Positions 1 through 8,817 of a stretch of DNA of 64,000 bases are shown here, one piece after another (the first letter of the stretch is position 1; each line of letters starts with the position of its first letter). The stretch is from a virus. The position numbers and the translations under genes are program-made. The stretch is from the IMG/VR virus record IMGVR_UViG_3300045988_167582, one strand, 5' to 3'. The notes under the pieces were generated by a model. It ran no database searches. It saw only the letters and a program-made list of their open reading frames with translations, and was not told where the DNA came from.

Positions 1-118
1 CGGTGTAGGGTGTAGGGCAAACGCCCGACAGCACCCCACCCTTTGCGGTGTAGGGTGTAGGGCAAACGCCCGACAGCACCCCACCCTTTGCGGTGTAGGG
101 TGTAGGGCAAACGCCCGA
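1..118. repeat. 45-bp direct tandem repeat, about 2.6 copies, truncated by the window edge
   Basis: cggtgtagggtgtagggcaaacgcccgacagcaccccaccctttg is identical at 1-45 and 46-90; a third copy matches up to 118; it contains an internal ggtgtagg sub-repeat. Confidence 0.95.
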
Positions 119-547
119 AAAGCCCGACTGAGGGGCATTAAAACACAGTATAGCTGATATATTCAGCCGTCGCTGGTGCGTGGGAATTAAGCCCACGGTT
201 TACGAGATAGTGAAAATCCCCAGAGGTTTGAGCCTATGAGCCTAAGTGCGGCTTGCATAACTGAGGGCTATACACCAAAGTGTTAGACCTTTGAGGGTAT
301 CAGCGAAACCTCCGCCCAAGGGCGTTATATTCCAAGGAATTGAGGAATTGCAACACGGTATCTGAAAAGCGAAAACGCAAGTAATGTGAATATGCAAAGA
401 AAACAATCCGTATCGGAATACTGATGCGGTTTGGTAAACCTATAAATCAAGCACATCTGCCGGTAGTTATGAGATGCCCGTAGGTGTGCTTTCTTATAGG
501 CTTATCCTTTGAGCCTATAAATATTAGCCGATTGAGAGGTAATCAGA

Positions 548-1387
548 ATGGCAACAGAAAATATCATTCGTGAAATCGAAGGAAAATCGACAAAGGATAC
601 CTTTAAGTTGACGGTATCAAGCAAGCCTGAGCTTCGCACTATGGCGGAGAGTCTGGCAGCGGTCTATAACGACGCTGTTCTTGACGGCAATTTTAACCCC
701 GTTATCGAGATTATTGCCGAGGACAACAAGGAAACCGCTGTGGCGGTTCGAGAGGCTATGGAGTTCGCTGTGAACAAGTATACTTCTATCGCCCGTACCG
801 AGTGCTTTGACGCTCTCAAAGCGACAGATAATCCTATGCTTGAAGCGGTCAAACAGCTTACCTATCCGACCATCCGTATCGTTGACAAGCCCGGCAAAAA
901 AGACGGTGAGGCACCCAAAACCTCTATTGAGGACAGCGAAAAGTCTATCGACCTGCTCAAACTTCATAAGTATGTCGGCGGCGACGGTATCGGAGCAGAC
1001 AAGAATTGGGCTTATAAGGTTGAAAAGCTTAACTTCCTTATGACCGCCCAAAAAGCGGTTGATTTGGGTATTGACCCGAAAGCGGTTCACGACAGTTACG
1101 CTATGTCGGAAATCAGTCGCGACATCAACCTCGGTAAGACACCGACTTCCAAGACCAATATCCTCAAAACCGTTCAGGCTATCGTAACGGCTATGGTCGG
1201 CGAGGAATATAAGGCGACATCGCACGATGTCAACTTCCTGATGTCGGTTTATTCCCGTAAGAACCGCAAGGCTTTGACGGTTACTTGTGCAAACCACAAG
1301 TATATGCGTCAGTATATGGCGGAAATCTGCCATCGTATCGTTCTTGGTAAGTCCTACGCCCTCGATTTCAAGGCAAAGAGACAGTAA
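548..1387 (+). CDS. hypothetical protein (279 aa)
   Basis: Long ORF with a gagagg RBS upstream of the ATG and a hairpin after the stop; I recognise no motif. Confidence 0.7.
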   Translation: MATENIIREIEGKSTKDTFKLTVSSKPELRTMAESLAAVYNDAVLDGNFNPVIEIIAEDNKETAVAVREAMEFAVNKYTSIARTECFDALKATDNPMLEAVKQLTYPTIRIVDKPGKKDGEAPKTSIEDSEKSIDLLKLHKYVGGDGIGADKNWAYKVEKLNFLMTAQKAVDLGIDPKAVHDSYAMSEISRDINLGKTPTSKTNILKTVQAIVTAMVGEEYKATSHDVNFLMSVYSRKNRKALTVTCANHKYMRQYMAEICHRIVLGKSYALDFKAKRQ

Positions 1388-1399
1388 TCCAGCTATCAA

Positions 1400-1424
1400 G
1401 GGGCGGTTTTCTATCGCCCCGACA
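1400..1424 (+). terminator. putative intrinsic terminator
   Basis: ggggcg / cgcccc hairpin right after the stop of 548..1387, followed by a T-containing tail. Confidence 0.4.
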
Positions 1425-1520
1425 CTTTTCACACTGATGAGTCGTTATGGAAATACACGACGAAACCGCCGCAAACGGCGGTCTGTGGGTTTTCCACTAC
1501 TAATAAGGGAGGTTTTTGGT

Positions 1521-1727
1521 ATGAGCTACGAAGTTTTTAAGACGCGGGTAAATGCTCTTATCAATCGTGCCGGCGGTGGCATTAAGGTTTGGTTTTCGAC
1601 CGACCCCGATGAGGGTAAGCATTACGCAAACTGTTCCGACGGCACCACGATTATCGGGAACAAGCTGTGCAAGCGGGTTGAGGTTCGCTGGAATGGCAGA
1701 AATCACCGCAGTATTGCCACGATTTGA
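1521..1727 (+). CDS. hypothetical protein (68 aa)
   Basis: In-frame ATG within ORF 1287..1727, preceded by aagggagg. Confidence 0.6.
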   Translation: MSYEVFKTRVNALINRAGGGIKVWFSTDPDEGKHYANCSDGTTIIGNKLCKRVEVRWNGRNHRSIATI

Positions 1728-1738
1728 GGGAGGGTTTT

Positions 1739-1990
1739 ATGTATCGAAAGTATTTCGTTTACCTCGATGACGGCAGAGATGTTTTCAAAATCGCCATAGC
1801 TACGGTAAGTGAAGAAGCGGCAAAGGCTTGGTGCGCGGGAAACGGCGAGGTTATCGCCGTTCGTGATGTCACCGAGGATTATCCAATCAGCGCGGATAAA
1901 GTGCGTGATGCACTCCGCAAGGCTTGTTTTGGCGAGTTTGAACAAGATTTCATTGTTCGGGCTTTGACGGAATTTGAAATCGTCGAGTAA
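1739..1990 (+). CDS. hypothetical protein (83 aa)
   Basis: ATG at 1739 preceded by gagggagg; packed tightly against its neighbours. Confidence 0.6.
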   Translation: MYRKYFVYLDDGRDVFKIAIATVSEEAAKAWCAGNGEVIAVRDVTEDYPISADKVRDALRKACFGEFEQDFIVRALTEFEIVE

Positions 1991-2000
1991 GGAGGTTTTT

Positions 2001-2411
2001 ATGGCAAGCAACAACATCACCTTATCCCCGAAGTATGGGGTAAATCCGACCATTCCGGTTTGCTTTTGGTGCGGCGAGTCAAAGAATGAAATCGCTTTAC
2101 TTGGGCATATCGGAGACGGCAGGAAACACGAGGATTTTGAAGCGCCGAAGTATTCGGTAATCAACTATGAACCGTGCGATAAATGCCGAGCGCAGATGGC
2201 GCAGGGTTTCACGGTTATGGAAGCCACCACAAAGCCCAATCGGGTTTCTTCGGCGGAAATCCAAAAGGGTGTTTATCCTACTGGCAGATATGTGGTTCTC
2301 AAGAATGAGGCAGCCGAGAGGATTTTCGGAGACCTTATCAAGGGCAATCGCAAGGCTTTCCTTCCTGTTGAGGCTTTTTCGGAAATGTTCTGCGGAGGTG
2401 CCAATACATGA
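2001..2411 (+). CDS. hypothetical protein with two Cys pairs (zinc-ribbon-like)
   Basis: aaggagg RBS; CFWCG ... CDKC motifs. Confidence 0.6.
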   Translation: MASNNITLSPKYGVNPTIPVCFWCGESKNEIALLGHIGDGRKHEDFEAPKYSVINYEPCDKCRAQMAQGFTVMEATTKPNRVSSAEIQKGVYPTGRYVVLKNEAAERIFGDLIKGNRKAFLPVEAFSEMFCGGANT

Positions 2412-2553
2412 GGCATTTCCTGTTTTTCGATTTTGACTCCGAGTATATGGCTTGGAAATTCGTAAACAAACTGAAACACGGCAGGCGTTGCAGGCTGGTT
2501 TCCTATCCACTCTTTAAGTAGAGTAATTTCAAATATAAAAGGGGAATTTTATT

Positions 2554-2754
2554 ATGAAAGCATTACTCATTATCATCGTGGTTATTTACACCGCATTCAA
2601 TCTTATTACCGCCAAGCTTTACAGCGCACGGGAAATGAAGCATGATTTCGTTGACGGTCAGTGCGTAGTCGGCAAGGTTTTCGCAAACATCTTTTATCTT
2701 CCGGCGTGGGTACTCAAGGGCTTGAGATTTATTGTTGTGGCGGTGATTAAATAA
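2554..2754 (+). CDS. small hydrophobic (membrane) protein
   Basis: 66 aa; hydrophobic N-terminal (LLIIIVVIYTAF) and C-terminal segments. Confidence 0.5.
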   Translation: MKALLIIIVVIYTAFNLITAKLYSAREMKHDFVDGQCVVGKVFANIFYLPAWVLKGLRFIVVAVIK

Positions 2755-3055
2755 TGAAAAGGGTGTGGAGGTGGTTACTAAATGAGAAACAGTAAGTTTT
2801 GCTGGTGTGAAACTGGGCTTAGACAATTTGTTAATGAAAACAACTTTGACAGAAGCGTGGTGGCAGAGTTTGAAACATACGAGGAAGCTAAGAAGTTTGG
2901 TAAGACAAGTGGAGATAGTAGATGCTCTTCGTGATTGGGAATTGATTTAAGTAGAACAAGGCGCCTTTTGGAGGTAGTTTGAGGTGTCCTTATATACGGA
3001 AAGATATGACTTCGTGTTAGCACGGGAATTTAAAAATTAAAGAGGAGGAAATCGA

Positions 3056-3349
3056 GTGATTACCAAGGAAAATCTGATTTCGATTGTATCGCGTGATACG
3101 GGATACAGTTTTGGTATGGTTCGCACCATTGTCGAAAGCACGGTGAAAAACATCACGAAGATGGTATCCAGAGGACATAAGGTACAGTTCTCTGGGTTTG
3201 GGACTTTCGAGCCTAAGCGCAGAGCCGCAAGAACGGGTAGAAACCCGCACACGAATGAGCCGGTGCATATTCCCGAAAGGGTTTTGCCGGTGTTTAAGCC
3301 GAGCAAGGATTTCAAAGAGTCCTTGTCTGGCTTATCTGACAAAAAGTAA
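3056..3349 (+). CDS. hup: HU/IHF-family histone-like DNA-binding protein
   Basis: GTG start after agaggagg; GFGTFEPKRRAARTGRNPHTNEPVHIPERVLPVFKPSK is the canonical HU arm. Confidence 0.9.
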   Translation: MITKENLISIVSRDTGYSFGMVRTIVESTVKNITKMVSRGHKVQFSGFGTFEPKRRAARTGRNPHTNEPVHIPERVLPVFKPSKDFKESLSGLSDKK

Positions 3350-3636
3350 AAAGTATATCGGTGCTACGAAGCCCAGTACATTCTAAGGAACGGAAATACA
3401 TTTAGGTCGAAGCTTTTTGATAACAGCATAGAGAATAAATGTTAGCAGCAGTAGTTAAATGGAGTTAGATGAACAGCCGAATACATAGGGAATCCTGCAA
3501 AATTGCAGGGCGCGGGGACTGCGAAAGTGTTCAAGCGGTAGGAAATGCTGCCACCGCGAGGCGGTTTTGATTTGAAGTGCATCCTCCGGAAGCAGGAGAT
3601 GGCTATTTGTAAATAGCCGGTAAAGCTTCCTCGCCT

Positions 3637-3710
3637 GCGGGTGTAGTTTAGTGGTAAAACACCAGATTTCCAATCTGGTTTTCGGGGTTCAATTCCCCGT
3701 GCCCGCTCCA
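3637..3710 (+). tRNA. tRNA-Gly (anticodon TCC), CCA encoded
   Basis: Hand-folded cloverleaf: acceptor gcgggtg/tgcccgc, D stem gttt/aaac, anticodon arm ccaga-tttccaa-tctgg, T arm cgggg-ttcaatt-ccccg. Confidence 0.9.
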
Positions 3711-3735
3711 AATTTTATACAAGGTGGTAGAGAGT

Positions 3736-4179
3736 ATGAGAGCAGTTGGTATTATTCGTAGAGTGGACGACCTCGGGCGCATTGTAATTCCAAAAGAAGT
3801 GCGGCGTTCTCTTCGCATCAGGGAGGGAGACCCGATGGAACTGTTTATCGAGGACGGCGGTGTGGTTTTTCGCAAATATAATGCTCTCGAAGAGGATATG
3901 TTCGACACCATACAAAAAGCAATGAAAGCCGGAGGTCGTAGCTACGCATTGTACGATAGGGATATTAAAAGAGAAAGTTCTCGTGGCTCTGGTTATCCGC
4001 GCAACGTTCCTGATGAGTGGTTCGATAAGCGCGGGGAGTTTACCTATTTAGGTAATGCTGTTTACACCATTTATCGCTATGATGATGTATGGGGCTATAT
4101 TTGCACCGATAGGACAAACGATGATTACATCAGAGGAGTCATATCGATGGCAATCAGTTCTCTTGTAGATGACGCATAA
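3736..4179 (+). CDS. AbrB/SpoVT-family transcriptional regulator
   Basis: N-terminus VGIIRRVDDLGRIVIPKEVRRSLRIREGDPMELF matches the swapped-hairpin AbrB domain. Confidence 0.8.
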   Translation: MRAVGIIRRVDDLGRIVIPKEVRRSLRIREGDPMELFIEDGGVVFRKYNALEEDMFDTIQKAMKAGGRSYALYDRDIKRESSRGSGYPRNVPDEWFDKRGEFTYLGNAVYTIYRYDDVWGYICTDRTNDDYIRGVISMAISSLVDDA

Positions 4180-4192
4180 GGAGGAAACCATA

Positions 4193-4789
4193 ATGGCACA
4201 GAAAATTATTTTACAGCCGGATGAGGTGTGGGATTACTTCGTGGAGCACGAAGAGGAATGCGATGGATGTATGTTTGAAATCGCATCATGCTCCGAATAC
4301 GGAACAGCGGTGTATCTGTCGAGAAGTTCCAAGGGCGTTGGATGTATCACCGTGGAAGCGGACGACCAAGAGGTTTATAACGAGGAAGTTATTGACGCTG
4401 AGGATACAAAAAAGACGGTGCAGAAGGTTTATGACGATTATCTCACGGATAAAGTTATAGAAATTCTGTCTGATTTTGAACCGCAGGAAGACGATACCCT
4501 CCAAGACCAAGAGGATGAAATCGATATGCGTGAGGAAGAACTGGATAGCCTTATCTGGGATTTTGTGATGGGTGTTTTTGGCGGAGACACCTATACGGAT
4601 TTCGATTGTACCGGAGAAGTTCTCGATGACCTGAAAGACCATTTTCTCGAATATATGTACCGTAAACACGGGTTCGATATTTATCGCCCGATGGTTCTCG
4701 AGGACGAGGACGGAACAGAATTTTTTGAGGAATATCCATACGAACATATGGTGTTCGATGACGAGGATAACCCGATGTATAAGGATTGA
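4193..4789 (+). CDS. highly acidic hypothetical protein
   Basis: aaggagg RBS; D/E-rich throughout (e.g. DDTLQDQEDEIDMREEELD, VLEDEDGTEFFEE). Confidence 0.7.
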   Translation: MAQKIILQPDEVWDYFVEHEEECDGCMFEIASCSEYGTAVYLSRSSKGVGCITVEADDQEVYNEEVIDAEDTKKTVQKVYDDYLTDKVIEILSDFEPQEDDTLQDQEDEIDMREEELDSLIWDFVMGVFGGDTYTDFDCTGEVLDDLKDHFLEYMYRKHGFDIYRPMVLEDEDGTEFFEEYPYEHMVFDDEDNPMYKD

Positions 4790-4952
4790 TTTCCCCGATA
4801 GCGGCTCAATGCTGCCTTAATTATAGAGACCAGCCGGTTCCTCCCCTCCGGCTGGTATGCTGCACGATTGGCTCTGCCTCCTCGTGGCGTGCGGCGGATG
4901 CGGGTTTATGCCCGTAACGAAAAGAGTACATTGAATGTAAGGAGTACATATC

Positions 4953-5345
4953 ATGGCAAAAATCACTATCGCAGGGAAGGCTGTCGTTGTCACTTCCACC
5001 CTTAAGCTGGAGGACATCAAGACTGTCGGTAAGTATCGCCCCAAGGCTCTCTCCGTTTACGGCGGTGAGGACGGAAAGGAGGAGGTCTTTGCTATCAAGG
5101 CAGGCTGTAACGAGAATTTCTCCAAGTATGGCATCTGCTTTGCGGATGAGACTCGCGACGAGAAGCTCGCGACCATCACGATGACCACCAACTACGACGG
5201 CGATGACATCGAGGGTTTCGTTGCCGACTATTTCGGTGCAGCTATCATCTACCTCAATAAGCTTGAGGAGACTCTTCCCGCCGTCATCGAGGAAATCGCC
5301 GCAGAGCGTGCCTCTGTGATGAGCAACATCACCGTTATCGCCTAA
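4953..5345 (+). CDS. hypothetical protein (130 aa)
   Basis: aaggag RBS, with a strong terminator directly downstream; no motif recognised. Confidence 0.7.
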   Translation: MAKITIAGKAVVVTSTLKLEDIKTVGKYRPKALSVYGGEDGKEEVFAIKAGCNENFSKYGICFADETRDEKLATITMTTNYDGDDIEGFVADYFGAAIIYLNKLEETLPAVIEEIAAERASVMSNITVIA

Positions 5346-5367
5346 GCGATTTCGGTAACGAACCGTG

Positions 5368-5394
5368 CCCGCCGCAGAAATGCGGCGGGTTTTC
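5368..5394 (+). terminator. intrinsic terminator
   Basis: cccgccgca-gaaa-tgcggcggg followed by tttt. Confidence 0.7.
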
Positions 5395-5440
5395 AAATCA
5401 ATATCAACCGAAAATTAAATGAATTAAAGGAGAATTGAAC

Positions 5441-5668
5441 ATGGTACAGGTTACTGTAGGTAATAACGTTAAGCGCGAAAAGGTTATCGTCGATACGCAC
5501 GCAACCCTTCGCTCCGTTCTTGAAGATGCGGGTGTGGATTACACTCGCGGTGTGATGCACCTCGATGGTTCTTCACTCAATCCGGGCGACCTTGATAAGA
5601 CCTTTGCCGATTTTGGCATCGGTGAAAAGTGCTTCCTTCTCAATGTCGTTAAGGCTGATAACGCCTAA
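5441..5668 (+). CDS. small beta-grasp / ubiquitin-like candidate (75 aa)
   Basis: aaaggag RBS. The strand-helix-strand pattern (VQVTVGN / KVIVDT / TLRSVLEDAG / VMHLDG / CFLLNVVK) has the size and periodicity of a beta-grasp fold. The C-terminus is ADNA, not GG. Confidence 0.5.
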   Translation: MVQVTVGNNVKREKVIVDTHATLRSVLEDAGVDYTRGVMHLDGSSLNPGDLDKTFADFGIGEKCFLLNVVKADNA

Positions 5669-5686
5669 TCAGTAGACACCCCGGAA

Positions 5687-5712
5687 CCCCGTCATGAAAA
5701 TGACGGGGTTTT
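5687..5712 (+). terminator. intrinsic terminator
   Basis: ccccgtca-tgaaaa-tgacgggg followed by tttt. Confidence 0.7.
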
Positions 5713-5716
5713 ATCT

Positions 5717-5802
5717 GGGGGATTGGCGGAACAGGCAGACGCAATGGACTTAAAATTCATCGCTTTGAAAGCGTACCGGTTCAAATCCGGTATCCCCCAC
5801 CA
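5717..5802 (+). tRNA. tRNA-Leu (anticodon TAA), class II, CCA encoded
   Basis: Acceptor gggggat/atccccc, anticodon arm atgga-cttaaaa-ttcat, long variable hairpin cgctttgaaagcg, T arm ccgg-ttcaaat-ccgg. Confidence 0.9.
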
Positions 5803-5830
5803 AATGAATTTATAAACAAGGAGAGGTTTT

Positions 5831-7306
5831 ATGTTTAGGCAGAAAGTTTGTCAAACGATGATGACTTCGGAGGCTGCTAATAACTTCTTCCAGCACATTA
5901 CGGGTGACAATTTGCACGGAGATGTGAGCTTTGTCTCTACTCTCCGAGCCTTGGTTGCTCCCAGAATGCAGGAAGGTGAGCGACTGAATGTTGTATTCAA
6001 TTCTACAAGATATTCGGCACAGGAAATTTCCAGCGTTCCTGCAAAGAATGCCGTCACAGCCATATTTAACGCCAGCGCTTGGGATGCAGGAACCATTATG
6101 GTTCATAGTTTTGCAAGCCAGTCCCAAGAGGACAACTACGCGTGTCTGGAACTATTGAAGAGCACATTTGAGTCTACCTATTCCGGATGGCATCGCCTCG
6201 AAAAGATTACGGACTTCTTCCGTAAAAGATTCTATGCCCTTTGCTTTATCCATCCGGAAACAAAGCGAGTGGCTCTCTTCATAGACAATCTGGATTTACC
6301 CAAATTGCATTATCTTCAGTGTGCAGTTTTTGCATTTCTCCCGTGGTATTTCGACCCCGAGAAGGGTGTTTCGGAAGAAGAGATGGCGCTTATCGAATCA
6401 CTCAGAGATAAATCTTCTTCAAAGTATGAAGCGTGTATCGCAAGAATTGCGGAAAAATATGATTTCAAAACAGCCCGTGTTCGCCAGCTGCTTGCAGGGT
6501 TTGAAACGAGATTCGAGCGCAGAAAATGCGAAGAACTCAGAGAAAGCATTTCTACAATTGACTTGGAAATCGATAGACTCAGCAATTCAATTTCCCATCA
6601 TCTTATGCAGCGTAGGGACAACGAGGCTAAGCTCCTTGGTTTGGAACTGAAAATCGAGCAGGATAATGGTGGTGAGTCGGAGATTATGGATTACTTCCTG
6701 AGCAACGACAGGTTAATCCTCGAAAGAGTGACGAACTCCGAGATGGTTTTTGTTGTAAAGGCAAATTGCGAGTATTTCGATGAGGATATGGCAAAATCCA
6801 TTATCGATAAGCCTGAGAGCTATGTGTACAGACCGGCTGGCAGAGCTTGTAATGCGTATATCCAGAGCGAGGATATGAAGCGGCTCATGTATGCCATCTT
6901 TATCGACCAAACTGTAAAGCTTCGTTTCTGTGCGGCTTATAGTTTTGACATTGGTTGTCAAAGTGTCGGAGGAATCAGAGGTTATGGCTACGGTGCGGAA
7001 TGTGCAGGGTATATGCCGAATACGCACATCGACAAATTTTCCTGCATGGGAAATTATCAGAATACTATCAACAGAATGCTGAAAGATAACAATTATATCA
7101 GTGCAATCGAACAGTGCATCGCTTCTTGCAAGAGTCTGAATTTTGCGGACAGCACGGTTATGAGCGAGTTTATGTGTTGTATGTACGGGCTTCAGGGGCA
7201 CACCAACGTGAACAACAGATGTCTGGAACTGCCTAACGAACAGATTGTTACACCGAAAGAAGCAGCTAATTGGCTGAGAGAACAGGAGTGTGGCAGCAAT
7301 GAGTAA
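5831..7306 (+). CDS. hypothetical protein (491 aa) with a central coiled coil and a Cys-rich C-terminus
   Basis: aaggagagg RBS; the central segment (ELRESISTIDLEIDRLSNSISHHLMQRRDNEAKLLGLELKIEQ) looks coiled-coil; the C-terminal third has many Cys. Confidence 0.75.
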   Translation: MFRQKVCQTMMTSEAANNFFQHITGDNLHGDVSFVSTLRALVAPRMQEGERLNVVFNSTRYSAQEISSVPAKNAVTAIFNASAWDAGTIMVHSFASQSQEDNYACLELLKSTFESTYSGWHRLEKITDFFRKRFYALCFIHPETKRVALFIDNLDLPKLHYLQCAVFAFLPWYFDPEKGVSEEEMALIESLRDKSSSKYEACIARIAEKYDFKTARVRQLLAGFETRFERRKCEELRESISTIDLEIDRLSNSISHHLMQRRDNEAKLLGLELKIEQDNGGESEIMDYFLSNDRLILERVTNSEMVFVVKANCEYFDEDMAKSIIDKPESYVYRPAGRACNAYIQSEDMKRLMYAIFIDQTVKLRFCAAYSFDIGCQSVGGIRGYGYGAECAGYMPNTHIDKFSCMGNYQNTINRMLKDNNYISAIEQCIASCKSLNFADSTVMSEFMCCMYGLQGHTNVNNRCLELPNEQIVTPKEAANWLREQECGSNE

Positions 7307-8240
7307 GAATATCAAAATCACAGATGAGAGTCTTAATGAAGTACGCAAGGCTTTTGAGGAAGCATTGTCCACGGGAAAGTTCTCCGACGGGAAAATCACT
7401 TTCACAAAAACTCTCGGCATCGTCAATCGAAAGGCTACCATTTTCTTCACTGAGCTTGCTTGGCTCAAGATGCAGACTCTTATACGAGAGTTCGATAAAG
7501 AGGTTGCTTGGCACGGTATCGCCAAGCGCGGAGAAGACGCTTCTAAGGATGAGTATTACATAACGGATATTCTGGTGTATCCGCAGGAAGTGACAGGAGC
7601 AACGGTGAGCACCGACCAAGAAAAATACCAGATGTGGCTTATGAGCCACGATGATGAGGTTTTCAATAACATTCGGATGCAGGGACATTCTCATGTAAAT
7701 ATGGATGTCACTCCGAGTAGTGTGGACACATCGCTCTATGACCGGATTCTTGAGCAACTTGACGACGATATGTTCTACATCTTCATGATTTGGAATAAGC
7801 GCAAAGAAAAGACCATCAAGATTTACGACCTTGCTAAGAATATTTTTTTCGATACTTCGGATGTCACAGTTGAAGTCCTTGAAGATGGAACCGGTATCGA
7901 AAAATTTCTCAATGACGCGAAGGACGCGGTAAAGGACAAGCCTACCACACCGACATCGACATATCAAAGCCCCTATCGTAGTTCTTATGGGTATGGCGGA
8001 TATTATGGCGGATACGGCAGTTCCTACGGAGGCTCTGCAGAAGAGAAAGAGCCAAAAAAGACCGAGTCGCCCAAAGAAACAGCGAGTTCTCAGAAAAAAC
8101 GAAAGGGAAAGCGCAAAGGGAAACGCAAAGGTAAACACGGCGGGGTCAACAATACCTGTGATGAGAGTAAGCAAGTGACTCTTTGGGATGGGTATGATTA
8201 TGACGATATGGATGACCCGTTCTATGCAAGAGGTTATTAA
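7299..8240 (+). CDS. JAB/JAMM (MPN+) metalloprotease-domain protein with a low-complexity tail
   Basis: GHSHVNMDVTPSSVD fits HxHx7Sx2D exactly, with an upstream E (EVAWHG). The C-terminal tail contains SSYGYGGYYGGYGSSYGGS and KKRKGKRKGKRKGK. Confidence 0.8.
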   Translation: MSKNIKITDESLNEVRKAFEEALSTGKFSDGKITFTKTLGIVNRKATIFFTELAWLKMQTLIREFDKEVAWHGIAKRGEDASKDEYYITDILVYPQEVTGATVSTDQEKYQMWLMSHDDEVFNNIRMQGHSHVNMDVTPSSVDTSLYDRILEQLDDDMFYIFMIWNKRKEKTIKIYDLAKNIFFDTSDVTVEVLEDGTGIEKFLNDAKDAVKDKPTTPTSTYQSPYRSSYGYGGYYGGYGSSYGGSAEEKEPKKTESPKETASSQKKRKGKRKGKRKGKHGGVNNTCDESKQVTLWDGYDYDDMDDPFYARGY

Positions 8241-8256
8241 CAGGAGGTGATTTTCA

Positions 8257-8817
8257 ATGACAAGGCAGGAGTTTCTTGACGATGTTTACGATTTCAGAGA
8301 GCTGATGGATTTTTGTTATGATAATGACTGTGGGATTTGCGACGACATCTACGATGATGAGTCGAAGGATGAATATATCAATGAACATCTTTCGGATATG
8401 GCAGATAACGCAGATGACTGGCAAAGTCTCTATCGTACTTTGGATTATATCCCGACCGGGTATGATTACTATCGTTTAGATGATTACGACGATTTCAACG
8501 GTTTGGACGATGACGACTTCGATGACTACAAAAACGATGTGCTCGAGTGGATGGATGATAATGAATACTGGGACGAGGACGAAGATGACGAGGAAGAGTA
8601 TTTCCCTCCGGAAGAAGAGTATAGCGAAGAGGAAGACGACGAAGAGTCATGTGAAGAAGATATGCAGCCTGTCGATGAGCTTTTCAGCTTATGCAGTGAG
8701 CAGCTCAGAGTAATCGATGCAAAAGAAAAAGCCGAAGAGCAGAGGTGCAATGAAGAATTTCTTGCTTTTACAGCGGAAATCGGCGTGGTAGTAAACGAGG
8801 GAGGCAAAGCAGTATGA
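8257..8817 (+). CDS. extremely acidic hypothetical protein
   Basis: caggagg RBS; long D/E runs (DDYDDFNGLDDDDFDDY, WDEDEDDEEEYFPPEEEYSEEEDDEE). Confidence 0.7.
   Translation: MTRQEFLDDVYDFRELMDFCYDNDCGICDDIYDDESKDEYINEHLSDMADNADDWQSLYRTLDYIPTGYDYYRLDDYDDFNGLDDDDFDDYKNDVLEWMDDNEYWDEDEDDEEEYFPPEEEYSEEEDDEESCEEDMQPVDELFSLCSEQLRVIDAKEKAEEQRCNEEFLAFTAEIGVVVNEGGKAV

Noticed and set aside
617-1432. Long antisense ORFs in the six-frame track. Examples are 617..1432 -, 4821..5396 -, 6713..7525 -, 7266..8174 -, 28613..29092 -, 48351..48953 - and 53372..53851 -.
   Set aside because: Each lies entirely opposite a longer + strand gene that has an RBS and recognisable motifs. They lack ribosome-binding sites and have low-complexity translations, so they are shadow ORFs.
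3442-3711. ORFs overlapping tRNA genes: 3442..3711 -, 11942..12154 +, 19372..19707 - and 19437..19730 +.
   Set aside because: They run through well-folded tRNAs and have no RBS, so they are spurious.
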